A stretch of DNA of 60,174 nucleotides, the filler included, from Squatina squatina (taxonomy: Eukaryota), in NCBI GenBank assembly GCA_031763465.1. It is 3 parts of 3 records of this genome, joined end to end, with 100 filler letters (N's around TTAATTAATTAA, not from the genome) between each part and the next. Parts side by side here need not be neighbours in the genome. Positions count along the whole stretch, not along the records: positions 44,064 to 60,174 come from JARFOE010000013.1; 2 more parts are not named here. One strand, written 5' to 3'. The position numbers were made by a program, and so were the translations under genes. Below are positions 58,081 to 60,174 of this stretch, piece by piece (the stretch's first letter is position 1; every line of letters starts with the position of its first letter). The notes beneath the pieces are model-generated. The model was given only the letters and a program-made list of their open reading frames with translations, did not search any database and was not told the origin of the DNA.

Positions 58081-60174
58081 TTGTTATGAAGTTTTTGATT
58101 ACAACCTTTTTATCTATTTGCAATGGTGTTATTCCCAAGCTGCATCATCTCATGGAGCAATCTCATATTCAACAATTTTAGATAGGTTTGTAATCTTTAG
58201 TCTTAGATTAACTGAATTGCTATCTAGTTAAATTTTAGCAAACCATTTGATAAAACTGAGACTGTATGAAAGCGTTTCCCACACTGATGTGCAAAGATAA
58301 ATAAGGAAGGATGGAATCTCTGCTGTCTGAATTGATCCACTCTGTTGTGCTCTTCACTCACCAGGGTGCCAGAACAATATTTTCTCAAACATGTTCATTT
58401 GTGTGGTCTTTCCAAGAGGAAAGCATTGGCCCTTAGTGTCTACTGTACATGTTCCTAGTTTCCCAGGAATCTCTTTTGCATCATGTGGCTAACAGGAAGC
58501 AACCTCTCAGCGAGTGATTACTTTACCCTGAGGATATGATCCTCGTGGACTACTTTTCGAAAACCAGTCAGTTTTAGTCAGCAACATTTGAATCACCCTG
58601 ATAATATATAAAGTCAAAACAGAAACCAATGTTCTTAATATTACTAGGATTTCTGTTTGTTAAAGCCGGTCTTTGCATTGAGGGTTTATAGTCATAGGCC
58701 TTGAGTTTCTACAGGTCATCCTGATCTCCCGCCAGAGTTACAGCAGAAGATCAGGGCAAATACTGCAGAAATATAGGCTTAGACTTTCCATCTCTATCAT
58801 TATTTCAAGGTGGTACTATTATTTCTGAAGTCATTTGCAATTTTTTGTATTAATATAGAAAAATACTGAACTTAATACTTAGTTTTGTCATATATTTTGT
58901 ATCAAACAGAATAAATCAAAGACTTGTAACAGCTCAACGCTTCTGGGGGCCTAAGGCAGCCCCTGAATCACCATCACATTTGGCTACATCTTTGGCACTT
59001 GACTGAATCTCTGCCCTCAGAAAAATTTCCTCAGGTTGGAAGGTACACTGTTGCTTACTGTACTTTACCATATGACTTAACTTAAATACAAGAACATTAA
59101 ACATTCAAAATGACTATTCACTCATTAAACCCATGAAAATAAACATTTCATTACTAACTTTAAAAAATAAGTAGGTACTTTCCTTTTTTGATATAATACA
59201 TTTTTCTCATTACAGTCACAAAGCGTGAAATCCTGAGCAGAAAATGCAATTCAAATGACATGTGAAAGCATTAGATTCATTATTCCACACGGCAGAATAA
59301 AGTTTGAAGTTTTTATTCCTTTTCTCTGGTAGGTGACGAGTGGGCCAGAGCTCCTGAGGAAAACCCGGAGGTCTCTTCCGATCATACATATTGTGGGCTG
59401 TATAGGGTCAGGAGGTCAGATATGTTTCGCAATCGAGGACTGATGGAAAAGACATTACAGTTTTTGTTGGGCAGGGGGAAGGGTGAATTGGCTGAAATGT
59501 AGACCTGTTCTATCAAAACACTGNNNNNNNNNNNNNNNNNNNNNNNNNNNNNNNNNNNNNNNNNNNNNNNNNNNNNNNNNNNNNNNNNNNNNNNNNNNNN
59601 NNNNNNNNNNNNNNNNNNNNNNNAGTGGACTTTAAAGGAGTCCTGTAGTTTACATAACCTTGTGTCCTTTAACTTACTTGTGTTAGATGTAGATTTCAAA
59701 GTTACAACAATAAATCTTCAAATCTGGCCAGTTTTACTTTAAACTCCCTTTGCTGCTGTTCCAGCCTGTCTCTGTTGCCACCAAGCAGCTTGTGTCTGAT
59801 GCCTTGATGATTGACTGTGTGGACATAGGCCAAAACAAAACTCACAATAGATCTGAAAACATCTTGCCAAGGACTGCGAGCAAGAACACTTAATGCACCA
59901 TAATACTGAATACCATAATGCGCAATGTATATGAAGAATAAATGCAGAGTTCCTGAAAGTAAAAGTAGCAGAGTATTTTCCTTTAAATTTATAAAAGTCT
60001 CACCATCAACATTTCTTTTAATATTCAGTTAAAAGAAATTAAGACTAATTTTAATGTCATTTCCATTTATCTGTGTTGATTTTGGGACTATCCACTCCAT
60101 CACAAAGATTGCGTACTTCCATCTCCATAGTATCATCCATCTCTGCCCTTAACTCAGTTCATATGCTGCAAAAA

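Noticed and set aside
58362-58597. AG/GT-bounded minus-strand segment upstream of RP1
   Set aside because: Stops in all frames from the acceptor and no recognisable peptide; at most a non-coding exon, unsupported without RNA data.

Overview
Vertebrate genomic DNA, almost certainly from a cartilaginous fish (shark), judged from SacSINE1/DeuSINE-type SINEs, CR1 LINEs and abundant PIF/Harbinger-derived elements. It is a fragmented draft with many 100-N gaps. It is also not one locus: two artificial 44N-TTAATTAATTAA-44N spacers (27556-27655 and 43964-44063) join three separate scaffolds. Segment 1 (1-27555) carries 13 recognisable minus-strand exons from the 3' half of ADGRV1/VLGR1 (EAR repeat, Calx-beta repeats, GAIN region, 7TM and the C-terminal ...IADTHL*). 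These face a structured plus-strand 3'UTR that is probably ARRDC3. Segment 2 (27656-43963) has no recognisable coding exon; it looks like a gene desert with TE relics and putative conserved elements. Segment 3 (44064-60174) carries minus-strand RP1: the giant exon 4, plus downstream exons for a PLAT/LH2 domain and an FGF-like beta-trefoil domain, two of which the ORF track misses. The most interesting signals are the RP1 PLAT/beta-trefoil extension, a MAT2A-like METTL16 hairpin and a long-range 16-bp stem in the putative ARRDC3 3'UTR, relics of intron-containing Harbinger Myb/SANT genes, and a hAT MITE nested in one such relic. Gene identities rest on recalled protein similarity, not on database searches.
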